Positions 43,051 through 58,470 of a DNA stretch of 64,000 nucleotides are shown here, one piece after another. The DNA comes from the human T2T-CHM13v2.0 reference genome, Homo sapiens, in NCBI RefSeq assembly GCF_009914755.1, contig NC_060936.1. One strand, written 5' to 3'. Position 1 is the first letter of the stretch; every line of letters starts with the position of its first letter. The notes under the pieces are model-generated. The model was not told the origin of the DNA and did not search any database. It was given only the letters and a program-made list of their open reading frames with translations. A program made the translations under genes and the position numbers.

Positions 43051-46000
43051 ACAATGAGAACACTTGGACACAGGAAGGGGAACATCACACACTGGGGACT
43101 GTGGTGGGGGGGAGTGGGGAGGGATAGCATTAGGAGATATACCTAATGCTAAATGTTGAGTGAATGGGTGCAGCACACCAACATGGCAAATGTATACATA
43201 TGTAACAATCCTTCACGTTGTGCACATGTACCCTAAAACTTAAAGTATAATAATAAAATTAAAAATAGAATATCCTGAAATAAAACCTAGAAAGAAGTTA
43301 TCTGTGAATCTTATTTGCGATGTGTGCAATCAGCTCACAGAGTTAAACCTCATTTATTATTCAGCAGTTTGGAAACACTCTTTTTGCAGAATCTGTGAAG
43401 TGACATTTTGGAAGGCATCAAGGCCTAGAGTGAAAAACAGATTATCCCCATATAAACACTAGAAAGAAGCTATATGTGAAACTGCTTTGTGATGTGTGCA
43501 TTCTGCTCACAGAGTGACATATTTATTTTGATTTGGCAGGAAGGAAACACTCATTTTGTAGAAGCTGCAAAGGGAGATTTAGGAGCCCACTAAAGCCTAT
43601 AGTGAAAAATTAAATATCCTGAAATAAAAACTAGAAAGAAGCTATCTGTGAAACTGTTTTATGATGTGTCCATTCAGCTCACAGAGTTGAACCTTACTTT
43701 TGATTCAGCTGTTTGGAAACACTATTTTTATAGAATCTGTGAAGGGAAATTTCAAAGTCCACTGGGGCCAGTAGTGAAAAATTGAATATCCCTGGAAAAA
43801 AAAATTGTAAGAAGCTATCTGTGAAACTGCTTTGTGATGTGTACATTCAGATCACAGAGTGAAACCTCTCTGTTGATTCAGAAGTTTGAATACACTCTTT
43901 TTGTAGAATCTGCAAGGGGATATTTCAGGGAACATTGAGGCCTAGTGTGAAAAACCAAATATATCCTGAAATAAAAACTAGAAAGAAGCTATCTTTGAAA
44001 CTGTTTTGTGATGTGTGCATTCAGCTCATGGAGTGAAACCTTCCTTTGATTCAACAAGTTGGAAACACTCTTTTTGTTGAATCTACAAAGGGACATTTTG
44101 AAGCCCACTGAGGCCTATAGTGAAAAGCCAAATATCTCTAGACAAAAACTGGAAAGAAGCCAGCTGTGAAACTTCTCTGTGGTGTGTGAATTCAGCCCAC
44201 AGAGTTAAACCTCACTTTTTATTCAGCTTTTTGGAACCATCTTTTTGTAGAATCTGCAAAGGGACATTTCAGAATGCACTGAGGCCTATAGTGAAAAACC
44301 AAATAACTTGTGATAAAAACTAGAAAGAAACCATCTGTGAAAGTGCTTTGTGATGTGTGTATTCAGCTCATGGAGCTAAACTTTTCTCTTGATTCAGCAT
44401 GCTGGAAACACTATTTTTGTAGAATCTGCAAAGGGAGGTTTTGGAGCCCTCTGAGGCCTATAGCAAAGACCAAATATCCAGAAATAAAAACTAGAATGAA
44501 GCTATCTATGAAGCTGCTTTATGATGTGCACATCAGCTCACAAAGTCAAAACTGTCTTTAGATTCGTCAGCAGGTTGGAAACTCTCTTTTTGTAGAATCT
44601 GTGAAGGGACATTTTGGAATGCACTGAGGCCTACAGTGAAAATCCAAATAACTCTAGGTAAAAACTAGAGTGAAGCTATCTGTAAATACTGCTTTGTGAC
44701 ATGCTCATTCAGTTTACAGAGCTAAACATTACTTTTGATTCAACAGGTTGGAATCACTCTTTTTGTACAATCTGCAAAGGGACACTTCAAAGCCCACTGA
44801 GGTCTGTAGTAAAAAAACAGAATATCCCTTGATAAAAACTGGAAAGATGCTATCTGTGATACTGCTTTGTGATGTGTGCATTCAGCTCACAGAGTTAAAC
44901 CTTACTTTTGATTCAGCAGTTTGGAAACACTCTTTTTGTAGAGTCTGGGAATGGACATTTTGGAGCGCATTGAGGCCTATAGTGAAAAACAAAATATCCC
45001 ATGATAAAAACTGGAAAGGTATCTGTGACACTGCTTTGTGATGAGTGGATTCAGCTCACAGAGTTAAATCTTTCTTTTGATTCAGCAGTTTGGAAACACT
45101 CTTTTTGTAGGATCTATGAAGAAACATTTCAAGGCACAGTAAGGCCATTATTGAAAAAAGAAAAATCCCTAAATAAAAACTGGAAATAAGCTATCTGTGA
45201 AACTGCATTGTGAAGTGTGCATTGAGCTCAAAAGTGAAATTTTTCTTTTGATTCAGCAGGTTGGAAACACTCTTTTTGTAGAATTTGCAAAGGGACACTT
45301 TGGAGCTCACTGAGGCCTCTAGTGAAAAATCGAATATACCTCAATACAAACTGAAAAGAAGCTCTCTGTGAATCTGCTTTGTGATGTATAGATTCAGCTC
45401 TCAGAGTTAAACTTTTTCTTTGATTTAGCGGTTTGGAAACACTCTTCTTTTATAGTCTGCAAAGGGACATTTTAGAAGGCATTGAGGACTATGGTGAAAA
45501 ACGGAATATCCTGCAATAAAAACTAGAAAGAAGCTATCTGTGACACTGCTTTGGATGAGTGGATTCAGCTCACAGTGTTAAACCTTTCTTTTGATTCAGG
45601 AGTTTGGAAACACTCTTTTTGTAGAATCTGCAAAGGGACAATTGGGGGTTCACTTAGACCTTCAGTGATAAACAGAATATCACGAAATGAAAACTAGAAA
45701 GAATATATCTGTGAAACTGCTTTGTGCTTTGTGTATTGAGCTCACAGAGTTAAACCTTACTTTTTATTCAGCAGTTTGGCAACACTCTTTTTGTGGAATC
45801 TGTTAAGAAACATTTTAAAGGGCTTTGAGGCTTACAGTGAAAAACTGAATATCCTGCAATGAAAACTAGATAGAGGCTATCTGTGAAATTACTTTTGATA
45901 TGTGGATTCAGCTCACAGAGTGAAACTACTCTTTTGAATCAGCAGTTGGAAACACTATTTTTGTAGAATCTGTGAAGGGATATTTTTGTCCCCAGTGAGG

Positions 46001-47258
46001 CCTATAGTGAAAAACCAAATATCCCAAAATAAAAACTAGCAAGAAACACTCCATGAAACTTCTCTGTGAAGTTTGCATTTAGCTCACAGAGTTGAAATTT
46101 ACTTTTGATTCAGCAGTTTGGAAACACTTTTTTGTAGAATCTGTGAAAGGACATTTGGGAGGGCATTGAGGCATATACTGAAAAACAAAATGTCCTGTGA
46201 TAAAAACTAGAAAGAAGCTGTCTGTGAAACAGCTTTGTGATGTGTGAATTGAGCTCACAAAGTGAAACCTGGCTTTTGATTCAGGAGTTTGAAAACACTC
46301 TTTTTGTAGAGTCTGCAAAGGGATATTACAAGGCACAGTAAGGTCTATAGTGATAAATTTAATATCCCTCAATAAAAACGAGAAAGAAGCTATCTGTGAA
46401 ACTGCTTTGTGATATGTGGATTAAACTCACATAGTGAAACGTTTCTTTTAATTCAGCAGTTTGGAAACCCTCTTTTTGTAGAGTCTGTGAAGGAACATTT
46501 CAGAGGGCATTAAGGCCTATAGTGAAAAACTGAATATCCCCTGATAAAAGCTAGAAAGAAGCTTTCTGTGAAACTGCTTTGTGATGTGTGAATTCAGCTC
46601 ACAGAATTAAATTTTACTTTTGATTCAGCAGTTTGGAAACACTCTTTTTTCAGAATCTGCAAAGTGACGTTTTGAGGCTCAGTAAGGCTTATAGTGAAAA
46701 ACTGAATGTACCATGATAAAACCTAGAAGAAGCTATCTTTGAAACTGCTTTGTGATATGTGCATTCAGTTCACAGAGTCAAACTTTTTTTTTTTTTTTTT
46801 TTGATACAGTAGGTTGGAAACACTCTTTTTGTAGAATTTGCAAAGGAACGTTTTGGAGCCCATTGAGACCTATAGTGAAACCCTGAATATCTCTAGGAAA
46901 AACCTAGAAAGAAGATATCTGTGAAACTGCTTTGTGACATGTGCATTCAGTTCACAGAATTAAACCTTACTTTTTAATCAGATGTTTTTAAACACTCTCT
47001 TTATAGAATCTGCAAAGGGACATTTCGGAACCCCCTGAGGCCTGTAGTGAAAAATGGAGTATCCCAAAATAAAAACTAGAAAGAAGCTACCTGTGAAACT
47101 GCTTTGTGATGTGTGCATCCAGCTCAAAGTTAAATTTTACCTTTGATTCAGCAGTTTGGAAACACTCTTTTTTTAAAATCTGTGAAGGGATATTTCAGAG
47201 GGCATTGGAGGCCTATAGTGAAAAAATGAATATTCCACTATAAAAACTAGAAAAAATT

Positions 47259-47550
47259 TGCTGGACATGGTGACTCTTGCCTGTAATCCTAGCATTCTGG
47301 GATGCCTGTGTGGGTAGATCATGAGGTCAGGAGTTCAAGACTAGCCTGCCCAAGATGGCAAAACAACATCACTACTATAAAAACAAAAATTAGCCAGGCA
47401 CAGTGACAGGAGAATATAATCTCAGCTACTTACTTTATAGGTTGAGGTTGGAGAATCACTTGAACTAGGGTGGCAGAGGGTGAGTGTACCTAGATCAAGA
47501 CTTTGCACCCCAGCCTGGGTGACAGAGTGAAACTCCATCAAAAAAAAAAA
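47259..47550 (+). mobile_element. Alu (AluS, Sg-like), heavily diverged
   Basis: Dimeric Alu with GATCATGAGGTCAGGAGTTCAAGAC and A tail; TSD AAAAACTAGAAAAAAT (47242-47257) / AAAAACTAGAAAGAAT (47551-47566). Confidence 0.9.
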
Positions 47551-47702
47551 AAAAACTAGAAAGAATCTATTTGTGAAACCGCTTTGTGATATGTGTATTT
47601 AGCTCACAGAGTGAAACCTTTCTTTTGATTTAGCAGATTGGAAACACTCTTCTTGTAGAATCTACGAAGTGACATTCTGGGGCACAGTAAGTCCTACAGT
47701 GA

Positions 47703-48117
<415 letters not shown>

Positions 48118-51100
48118 AGAAACTCTTTTTGTAGAATCTGTGAAACAACATTTAGGAGCCCACTGAGGCAAATAGTGAAAAACCAAATATCCTGAAATAA
48201 AAACTAGAAAGAAGCTGTTAAACTGCTTTGTGATGTGTGCATTCAGCTCACAGAGTTAAACCTTTCTTTTGATTCAGCAGATTGGAAACACTCTTTTTCT
48301 AGAATCTACAAGGGGACATTTCAGGGCACAGTGAGGCCTACAGTGAAAAACAGAATGTTGCAAAATAAAAACTAGCTAGAAGCTACTTGTGAAAATGCTC
48401 TGTAATGTGTACATTCAGGTCAAAGATTTATAACTTACTTTTGATTCAGCAGTTTGGAAACACTCTTTTTGTAGAATCTGCAAAGTGACATTTCAGACTC
48501 CACTGAGGCCTATAGTGAAAAACTGAATATCCCAAAATAAAATCTAGAAAGAACCTATCTGTGAAACTGCTTTGTGACATATGCATTCAGTTCACAGTTT
48601 TCAATGTAACATTTGATTCAACCGTTTGAAAATACCCCTCTTGTAGTATCTGCAAAGAAACATTTTAGTGCTGACTGAGGCTTAAAGTGAAAAAATGAAT
48701 ATCCAAAAATAAAAATGAGAATCTATCTGTGAAACTGCTTCCTGATGTGTGGATTCAGCTTTCAGGGTTAAACCTTTCTTTTCATTAAGCAGTTTGGAAA
48801 CATGCTTTTTGTAGAATCAGCCAAGGGACATTTCAGAGTCCAGTGAGACCTGTAGTGAAAAACCTAATACCCTGTGATAAAAACTAGAAAGAAGCTATCT
48901 GTGAAACTGTTTTCTGATATGTACATTCAGCTCACAGAGTTAAACCTTACTTTTGATTCAGCAGATTGGCAAGTCTCTTTTTGTAGAATATGCGAATGGA
49001 AATTTTGGAGGGCATTTAGGCTTATAGGAAAAAAATGAATATCCCATGATAAAAACTAGAAAGAAGCTATCCGTGAAACTGCTTTGTGATGTTAGATTCA
49101 GCTCACAGAGTGAAACCATTCTTTTGATTCAGCAGTTTGGAAATATCCCATGATAAAAACTAGAAAGAAGCTATCTGTGAAACTGCGTTGTGATGTCTGC
49201 ATTCAGCTCACAGAGTCAATCCTTTCTTTTGATTCAGCAGTTTAAAAACACTCTTTTTGCAGAATCTCCAAAGGGACAATTTAGAGCCCACTGAGGCCTA
49301 TAGTGAAAAACTAAATATCCCAAAAGAAAAACAAGAAAGAAGCTATTTGTGATCCTGTTTTGTGAGGCATGCATGCAGTTCACAGAATTAAACCTTACTT
49401 TGGATTCTGCAGTTTGGAAACACTCTTTTTGTAGATTGTGCATCAAAACATTTCAAAGGGCATTGAGGCCTATAGTGAAAAACCAAATATCCTGAAATAG
49501 AAACTAGAAAAAAGCTATCTGTGAAACTGTTTTGTAATGTGTGGTTTCAGCTCAGAGAGTTAAACCTTTCTTTTGAATCAGGAGCTTGTAAACACTCTTT
49601 TTGTAGAATCTGCAAAGAGATATTTCAAGGCACATTAGGGCCTATAGTGAAAAACCAAATATCCGGCAATACAAACAAGAAAGAAGTTATCTGTGAAACT
49701 GCTTTGCAATGCGTAAGTTCATCTCCAAGAGCAAAACTTTGCTTTTGATTCGGCAGCTCAGTAACATTCTTTTTGTATAGTCTACAAGGAGCCATTTTGC
49801 AGCCCATTGAGGCCTATATTTAAAAAAAAGAATATGCTACAATGAAAACTAGAAAATTGATATCTGTTAAACCACTTTGCAACATGTGGATTCCAGAAGT
49901 TAAACTTTTCTTTTGATTTAACATGTTGAAAACATTCTTTTTCTAGAATCTTCAAAGGAACATTTTGGAGCCCACTGATGCCTATATTGAAATACCGAAT
50001 ATTCCACCATAAAAACTAGAAAGAAGCTATCTGTGAAACTGCTTTGTGATGTGTGAACTCATCTTAAAAAGCTAAACCTTTCCTTTGATTCAGCATGTCA
50101 GAAACCCTCTTTTTGAAGCATCTACAAAGGGACAGTTGAGATCCCATTGAGGCCTATAGTGAAAAATGGAATATCCTGCAAAAAAAACTAGAAAGAGTCT
50201 AACTGTAAAGCCGCTTTGGGATGTGCGGATTCATTTCACCAAGATAAACATTTCTTTTGTTTCAGCAGGTTGAAAGCACTCTATGTATAGAATTTACAAA
50301 TGGACATTTCAGAACTTTATGTGGCCTATAGTGAAATTCCAAATATACCATGATAAAAACTATAAAGAAGCTATTTGTGAAACCACTTTGTGTGTGTGGA
50401 TTTAGCTTACAGAGTTGAACCTTTCTTTTGATTCAGCAGGGTGGAAACACTCTTTTTGTAGGATCTGTGAAAGAATGTATTGGAGCCCACTGAGGCCTAT
50501 AGTGAAAAACGGAATATCCTGTGATAAAAACTAGAAAAAAGCTATCTGTGAAACAGCTTTGTGGTGTGTGGATTCAGCTCACAGAGTTAAATCTTTCTTT
50601 TGATTCAGCTGGTTGGAAACCCTCATTTTGTAGACTATGTGAAGGGATATTACAAGGCCCAGTGAGGCCTGTAGTGAAAAACCAAATATTCCATGACAAA
50701 AACTAGCAACAAACTTTCTGTTGAATGCTTTTATGATGTGTGCAATTATTGCACAGAGTTAAAACTTACTTTTGATTCAACAGGTTGGAAACTCTCTCTT
50801 TTTAGAATCCACAATGTTATATTTTGGAGCCCATTGAGGTGTATAGCGAAAAACTGAATATCCCATGATAAAATCTAGAAACAAGATATCTGTAAAACTG
50901 CTTTGCTATGTGTGGATTCACCTTACAGAGTTAAAAAGTTCTTTTGATTCTGCAAACACTCTTCTTGTGGAATGTACAAAGGACATTTCTGAGCCCATCA
51001 AGAACTATAGTGAAAAGCAGATTATCACATAATAAAAACTAGAAACAAGCTATCTAGGAAACTGCTTGGCATTGTGTGAGTTCATCTAATGGAGTTAAAA

Positions 51101-51151
51101 TTTTCTTTGACTCAGCCGGTTGGAAACTTTTTTTAGACTCTACTAAAGGAT

Positions 51152-51453
51152 GGCCAGGCACAGTGGCTCACACCTGTAATTCCAGCACTATGGGATGCTA
51201 AAGTGGGTGGATCATGAGGTCAGGAGATGGGGACCATCCTGGCTAACACAGTAAACGCTGTCTCTACTAAAAATACAAAAAAAAAAAAAAAAAAAAAGGC
51301 AGGGCTTGGTGGTGGGTGCCTGTAGTCCCAGGTACTCAGGAGGCTGAGGCAGGAGAATGACGTGAATGCAGGAGGTGGAGCATGCAGTGAGCCTAGATCA
51401 TGCCACTGTACTCCAACCTGAGTGACAGATTGAGACTCCATCTCAAAAAAAAA
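51152..51453 (+). mobile_element. Alu (AluY-like) with expanded middle A tract
   Basis: GACCATCCTGGCTAACAC diagnostic; TSD TCTACTAAAGGAT (51139-51151) / TCTACTAAGGGAC (51455-51467). Confidence 0.93.
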
Positions 51454-51857
51454 ATCTACTAAGGGACATTTTGGAGCCCATTGAATCCTACAGTGAAAAA
51501 TTGAATATTCTGCAATAAATCTGTGAAACAGCTTGGTGATATGTGGATTCATCTCACAGAGTTAAGCTTTCTTTTGATTCAGCCAGTTCAAAACACTCTT
51601 TTTGTAGAATCTGCAAAGTGACATTTCAGAGCCAATTGAGGCCAATAATGAAAAACTGAATATCCTACTATGCAAACTAGAACAAGCTAGCTATGAAACG
51701 ATTATGTCATATTTGGATTCATTTCACAGACCTACACTTCTCTTTTGATTCAGCAGGTTGGAACCACTCTTTAAGTAGAATCTCTATAGGGACATATCAA
51801 AGCCCTTTGAGGCCTATTTTGAAAAACTGAATATCCCACAATAAAAACTAGAAAAAA

Positions 51858-52151
51858 GGGCAGGCACTGTTGCTCACACTTGTAATCCCAGCACTTTATG
51901 AGTCTAAGGTGGGCAGATAACCTGTGGTGAGGAGTTTAAGACCAGCTTGACCAACATGGAGAAACCCTGTCTCTAATAAAAATACAAATTGCTCTGGGCA
52001 TTATGGTGCATGTTTCAAATCCCAGCTATTCAGGAGGCTGAGGCAGGAGAATTGCTTAAACCCAGGAGGTGGAGGTTTTGGTGAACAGAGACCCCACCAT
52101 TGCACTTTAACCTGGTCAACAAGACCAAAACTGCTTCTCAAAAAAAAAAAA
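51858..52151 (+). mobile_element. Alu (AluSp-like)
   Basis: GACCAACATGGAGAAACC and CAACAAGA diagnostics; TSD AAAAACTAGAAAAAA (51843-51857) / AAAATCTAGAAACAA (52152-52166). Confidence 0.9.
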
Positions 52152-53186
52152 AAAATCTAGAAACAAACAAGCTCTCTGTGAAACCTTTATGCGATGTGTG
52201 GATTCATCTCACAGAGATAGGCCTTTCTTTTGATGCAGTAGGTTGTAAACCTCTTTTAGTAGAGCCTTAGAAGGAACATTTCAGAGCCCATGAAGTCTAT
52301 TGGAAAAAAAACGAATATCTCATGATAAAAATGAGAAATAATCTACCTGTGAAACGGCATTATGATGTGTGGATTGATCTCACAGAGATAAACCTTTCTT
52401 CTGACTTAGCATTTTGGAAACACTCTATTTGTGGAATATTCAAAGGGTAATTTCAGAACACATTAAGACCTATTGTGAAAAACCGAATATCTGGAGATAA
52501 AGAATAGAAATAAGCTATCTGTGAAGCTGCTTTGGAATGTGTGGATTCATTTCACAGAGTTGAACCTTTCTTTTGATTCAGCAGGTTAGAAACCATCTTT
52601 TTTTAGAATCTACGAAGGGATATTTTGGAACCCATTGAGGCCTATAGTGAAAAACCGAATATTCCAAGACAGTAACTAAAAACAAGCTCTCTGTGAAATC
52701 ACTTTGCAATGTGTTCATTCATTTCACAGAGGTAAACCTTTTTTTGATTCAGCAGGTTGGAAATTCTATTTATGTAGAATCCACCAAGAGACAATTTGGA
52801 GCCTATTAAGGCCTATAGGGAAAAACCGAGTAACCTGCATTAAAAACAAGAAACAAGCTATCTGTGATACCACTTAATGATGTGTGGATTCATCTCACAG
52901 AGGTAAACCTTTCCTTTGATTCAGTAGGTTGGAAAAATTATTTTTCTAGAATCTGCAAAGGGACATTTCAGAGCCCATTAAGGCCTATAGGGAAAAACAG
53001 AATTTCCCATGATAAAAAATATAAACAAAGTATCTGTGAAACCACTTCATGATGTGTGGATTCATCTCACGGAGTTAAACCTTTCTTTTGATTCAGCAGG
53101 TTGGAAACACTCTTTTTGTAGAATCTATGAAGGGACATTTCAGAGCCCATTGAAGCCAGTAGTGAAAAATTGAATATCCCGCGATA

Positions 53187-54446
<1,260 letters not shown>

Positions 54447-55204
54447 TATATTTTTTATATATGAGCGAAGAACAATCTGACCTCAGTCATCAGTGCGGCA
54501 ATTTTCTAGGCAACAAGGGAGGGAGGAACTTGGAAGTTGTGGCAGGGGCAGTGGGGAAGACACAGTTGCCCTGGGCTGTGGGCAGGTGGCCTGAGCTTCC
54601 TTCCTCCTTGAGGCCTCAGTTTTCAGAGTAACAGTGTCCTCTAGGCGATGCCTGACATCTGCCAATGAGAGTGTCAGCCTGGAGTGAATTGAGATCGCCC
54701 AGAGTGAGGGAGGAAGAGAAGGAGGCCCCCACAGCACAGTGGGTAGCCATACTCTCCAAGGTGGTCCCCACAGCTAATCAACCAGGGTCCCTGAAAAACA
54801 CAGCCTAAGTCCCCAGTCATTAGATCACCTGGAACTTCCATTCAGAGATGAGAGACTGACTGGAAATTCTCTCAGTCAAGGTCCAAGCCTAAAAGAATCA
54901 CTGGCACACCCACTAGGACTAAGACAATTTTTAAAAGAATCATTTCTTTGTTTTGGTTGCATCCGTGTATTTCTGTATAATGAAATTACTTATTGTAAAT
55001 GTTACTTTTTTTACTCATCACGTGTACCATCCTGTGATAGACAGACCAGGGGACTCATCACCTCAGAGTCTATAAGGCCAGAAGTTGACATCCTCAATTT
55101 CTATTTAGATTGAATTTAAACAAGCCAGCCAAACACTCTGCAGTGAAACTCTCATAAGGACAAGCGATTGAAAAAGGAAATAAACAAAACAAAAACAATG
55201 CTTT

Positions 55205-55343
55205 CAGGGGCAGTGGCTCACGCCTGTCATCCCCACACTTTGGGAACCTGAAGGCTCGTGAATCCCTTGATCCCAGGCAATCCAGAACAGCCTTGGCAAC
55301 ATGGTGAAACCTCCTCTCTACAAAAATACAAACATTAGCTGGT
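55205..55343 (+). mobile_element. Alu left-arm monomer (FLAM/AluJ-like)
   Basis: CAGTGGCTCACGCCTGTCATCCC..TCTCTACAAAAATACAAACATTAGC; no right arm. Confidence 0.8.
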
Positions 55344-55460
55344 TTCATAATCTGGACTCAAAATTATAAATAAATAGATTAAAATTTAAAATAAAACAAT
55401 CTTAAATGCTGTATTCTGTTATTTTTGCTTCCTACCCTGAGAAAAACATAATATAGCTGT

Positions 55461-55738
55461 TGTCTGTCTGTCTGTCCATCTGTTTGTGACAGGGTCTCAT
55501 TCTGACTGTCATCAAGGCTGCAGGGCAGTGACACTATTATGGGTGACTGCAGCATCAACCTCTCCAGGGTTAGGTGATTCTCCCACTTTGGCCTCCCAAG
55601 TAGCCAGGAGCACAGGCATGTACTTCGGGTTTTGGCTGTGTTGTCCAAGACTTGACTCGAGTTCCTAGGTTCAAGCATTCCTACTGTCTCAGTCTCCCAA
55701 AGTGTTGGGGTTGTAGACATGAGCCACTGCACCCAGCC
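55461..55738 (-). mobile_element. AluJ-like with central deletion and (GACA)n tail
   Basis: (TGTC)n then GACAGGGTCTCA..CTGCAGC.TCAACC; middle A linker missing; ends GAGCCACTGCACCCAGCC. Confidence 0.82.
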
Positions 55739-56308
55739 TGACTTAATACATCTGGTCTCACTATATCTTGAACACATGCCCGTGAAGAACTCAAGTCAAG
55801 GGAGTGTCAACCAGAGACTTTCAGCATTCTCTCCTGAAAGGGTGGAGGTGGATGGTGGCCGAGTGTGCCGCACTCCTGTGGTTTTACATGGCCACTTGTA
55901 GAGGATAGATTTCAAATGTTTCTGTAGAGGCACAAGCCACAGTCATTCGGGGCATCCGAGCAAGGGATGGGGTTTCTGACAGTGTCTTAAGGGCCAGGAT
56001 CTGCCAAGGCCTATGTCCCACGGTGGGGTTGATGCAATCCAGGGTAGAGGGAGCCATTGGTCCTCAGTGAGTTCTAGTCCTAGGCCCCACTGTACAGACC
56101 AAGTCAGAAGGAACAGTCCTTCATCCTACATGCCACATCCCTCCACTGAAGTTGAGAGCAGACCCGTTTTCCAAACATGAGGTGACTCGTGGTTTGAAAT
56201 GGATGACAAGGGGCCGGACATTCCTAAATTGGCAGGATAAAGGTCATTCTGTGGCATAGAATGAGGTGTGGTTTGAATCTAGAATCTCCAGTTAAAACCA
56301 GTGAAGGT

Positions 56309-56584
56309 GGCTGGGTGCAGTGGCTCATGTCTGTCATCCCAGTACTTTGGGAGGCTGAGGCAGGCAGATAACGAGGTCATGATTGTGAGACCAGCCTGGC
56401 CAACATGGTGAAACCCCATCTCTACTAAAAATACAAAAATTAACTGGGTGTGGTGGTGTGTGCCTGTAATCTTAGCTACTCAGGAGGCTGGGCAGGAGAA
56501 TTGCTTGAACCCAAAAAGCGGAGCCACTGTAAATCCAGCCTGGTGGACAGAGCGAGACTCCATCTCAGAAACAAACAAACAAGC
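56309..56584 (+). mobile_element. Alu (AluS) with ~20-bp right-arm deletion and (AAAC)n tail
   Basis: TSD AAAACCAGTGAAGGT (56294-56308) / AAAGCCAATGAAGGT (56585-56599); GCGGAG joins CCACTG directly. Confidence 0.9.
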
Positions 56585-57929
56585 AAAGCCAATGAAGGTG
56601 TTTAACTCAAAGTGTCACACTCAGGTCTCCTGACAGGATACATCCAGCACCCGGGGAAATGTCAGGGGGTGGGGTGGAAATTATTTTGTGGCCTCAAGGG
56701 AGGGTTTGAGAGGTAGTCCCACACAAGTGACGGCCTAAGAAATTCCCTTCGCTCAAGAAGCCATATTCATTTCTAGCCTGTAGCCACCCATGCTGGAGAA
56801 TCAGGCTCTCTACAGAACCCCTCGTGAAATGGGCTCTCGCTCCATTCAATAAAAATGGGAGAATCTGTTTCCCAGCAAGCAGCCACAGGTTAAAGATGAT
56901 GCCAAGATCAAACAAACGTCCCATCTATGCGCTCCGGACACTCGCATAAGGAGAGCGTAAGGTTCTACTCACACCGTGTGGTTTTGTAACCTCCAACGTG
57001 TGTGCTGGTGTGGGACGCTGTAGACAGAGGAGGGGAAAGAGTGGCAGTGTCCGGGTGGTGCCGGAGACATGGGACTTGGTTGGATTGGTCAGAGTCTAGG
57101 GAACTCATCACCTGTCAGGACGTCTCCCCTCCTGCTCTTCTGTCTGCCCTACTCTCCACATCTTCACAGTGCAGTGGAGACCATGTGGGTGGAGGTTGCT
57201 GTCGTGCTGGACTTAAGCAGAGGAAGGTAGCCCTCCCAAATATCTCCCTGGAGTGGGTGGCTTGGGCAGGCTCACAAGAATGCTGATGGTGATGGTGAGA
57301 GTGATATACGGTGGAGGCCAAGGGCCAATGTAGAGGTATGCATTTGACCTCGTTGGGAGTGGTCAGCTTTGTGAAGTCCCACGCATCCTTCCAGAGGAAG
57401 CTAGCAAGCATGGTCTCAAGGATCACAGCTCCCCAGCAGAGGCACTTGTGTTCACACAGAATCCTGGCAAGGCAAGTTCTCAGCAGGCTTCGGCCTCCTA
57501 GCCAAAAAGCTGAAACCACTTCTGGGAGGTTTTTCAAAGAGCCAGTGGTTCAACAAGGGGCCATGGGTAGTTTTGGAAATGGAGAAAAGTGTTTGGTGAT
57601 ACATATTTAAGACAGAACAGACAGGGCTCAGTCATGGGTTGTTTAGGACACGGGGTGATTCAGATTGAGAAAACCCTCCTAGCATCCTAGGTGAACAGAG
57701 GTACGATTTATCAAGACAGTAATTCTGGGTCACAGCTGAAGCGAGGGAGAATCAAACTCAGATTTTAGGGTTGGATCTTTATTAATATGTAATATCTATG
57801 AGGTATCCAAGCCCAGAAATCAACTCACCAGTTCTGTACAGGATTCTGTATGGAGATCAAATCTGGGATTTCTAAAGTTAAGAATTCACCCTTGGTAATA
57901 GATTAGATTAGATCTACCTGAGCCTATTT

Positions 57930-58361
57930 TAGAAAAAAAGACAGGGAGGGACAGAATAAGACAGAGAGAGAAAGATACAGAGAGAGAGACAGAGAGAGAG
58001 AGAAAGAGAATAAGAGGGAGACAAAGGCAGAGAGAGATGACATAAAAAAAGAAAGAGAAAAAGAGAGAGACACAGAGAAAGAGAGAGGCAGATGGACAGA
58101 GAAAGAGACTGACAGAGAGAGACAGAGACAAAGAGAGACAGAGAGACACACAGAGATAAAGAAAGAGAGAGAGAATGACAGAAGACAGAGAGAGACACAG
58201 ACTAAGAAACAGAGACAGGAAGAGAGAGAAACAGGCAGACAGACATAGACAAAGAGAGAGAGAGAAGGACAGAGAGAGAGGGACAAGGAAAGGGACAGAG
58301 TGAGACAGAGACAGAGAGAGAGAGACAGAGAGATGGAGAGAGGAAGAGGAAGAGGAAGGGG
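57930..58361. repeat. Polypurine (GA/GACA)n tract; (CT)-rich on the IGS sense strand
   Basis: About 430 bp of GAGA/GACA/GAAA units with almost no T. Confidence 0.95.
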
Positions 58362-58431
58362 GTACTCAAGAAATAATTACACATATTTTATAAAGCTTTG
58401 ATGCCATAAATGGTGGCCGGAGTATGCTTCG

Positions 58432-58470
58432 AAAACAACAACATCAAAAACAATAGCGGCAGCAGCAGCA
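58432..58470. repeat. Degenerate (CAA)n(CAG)n triplet repeat
   Basis: AAAACAACAACATCAAAAACAATAGCGGCAGCAGCAGCA. Confidence 0.7.

Larger units (their letters stand above)
49661..53186 (+). repeat. Ancient diverged alpha satellite, variant 3 (terminal layer)
   Basis: Words TTCATCTCAC/TTCATTTCAC, AAACAAGCTATC, GAAACCACTT and TCTACAAAGG become frequent while TATAGTGAAAAA is kept. Left boundary is gradual. Confidence 0.8.

Noticed and set aside
57886-58384. Ser/Leu-rich membrane-protein-like ORFs
   Set aside because: Translations of the (CT)n tract.
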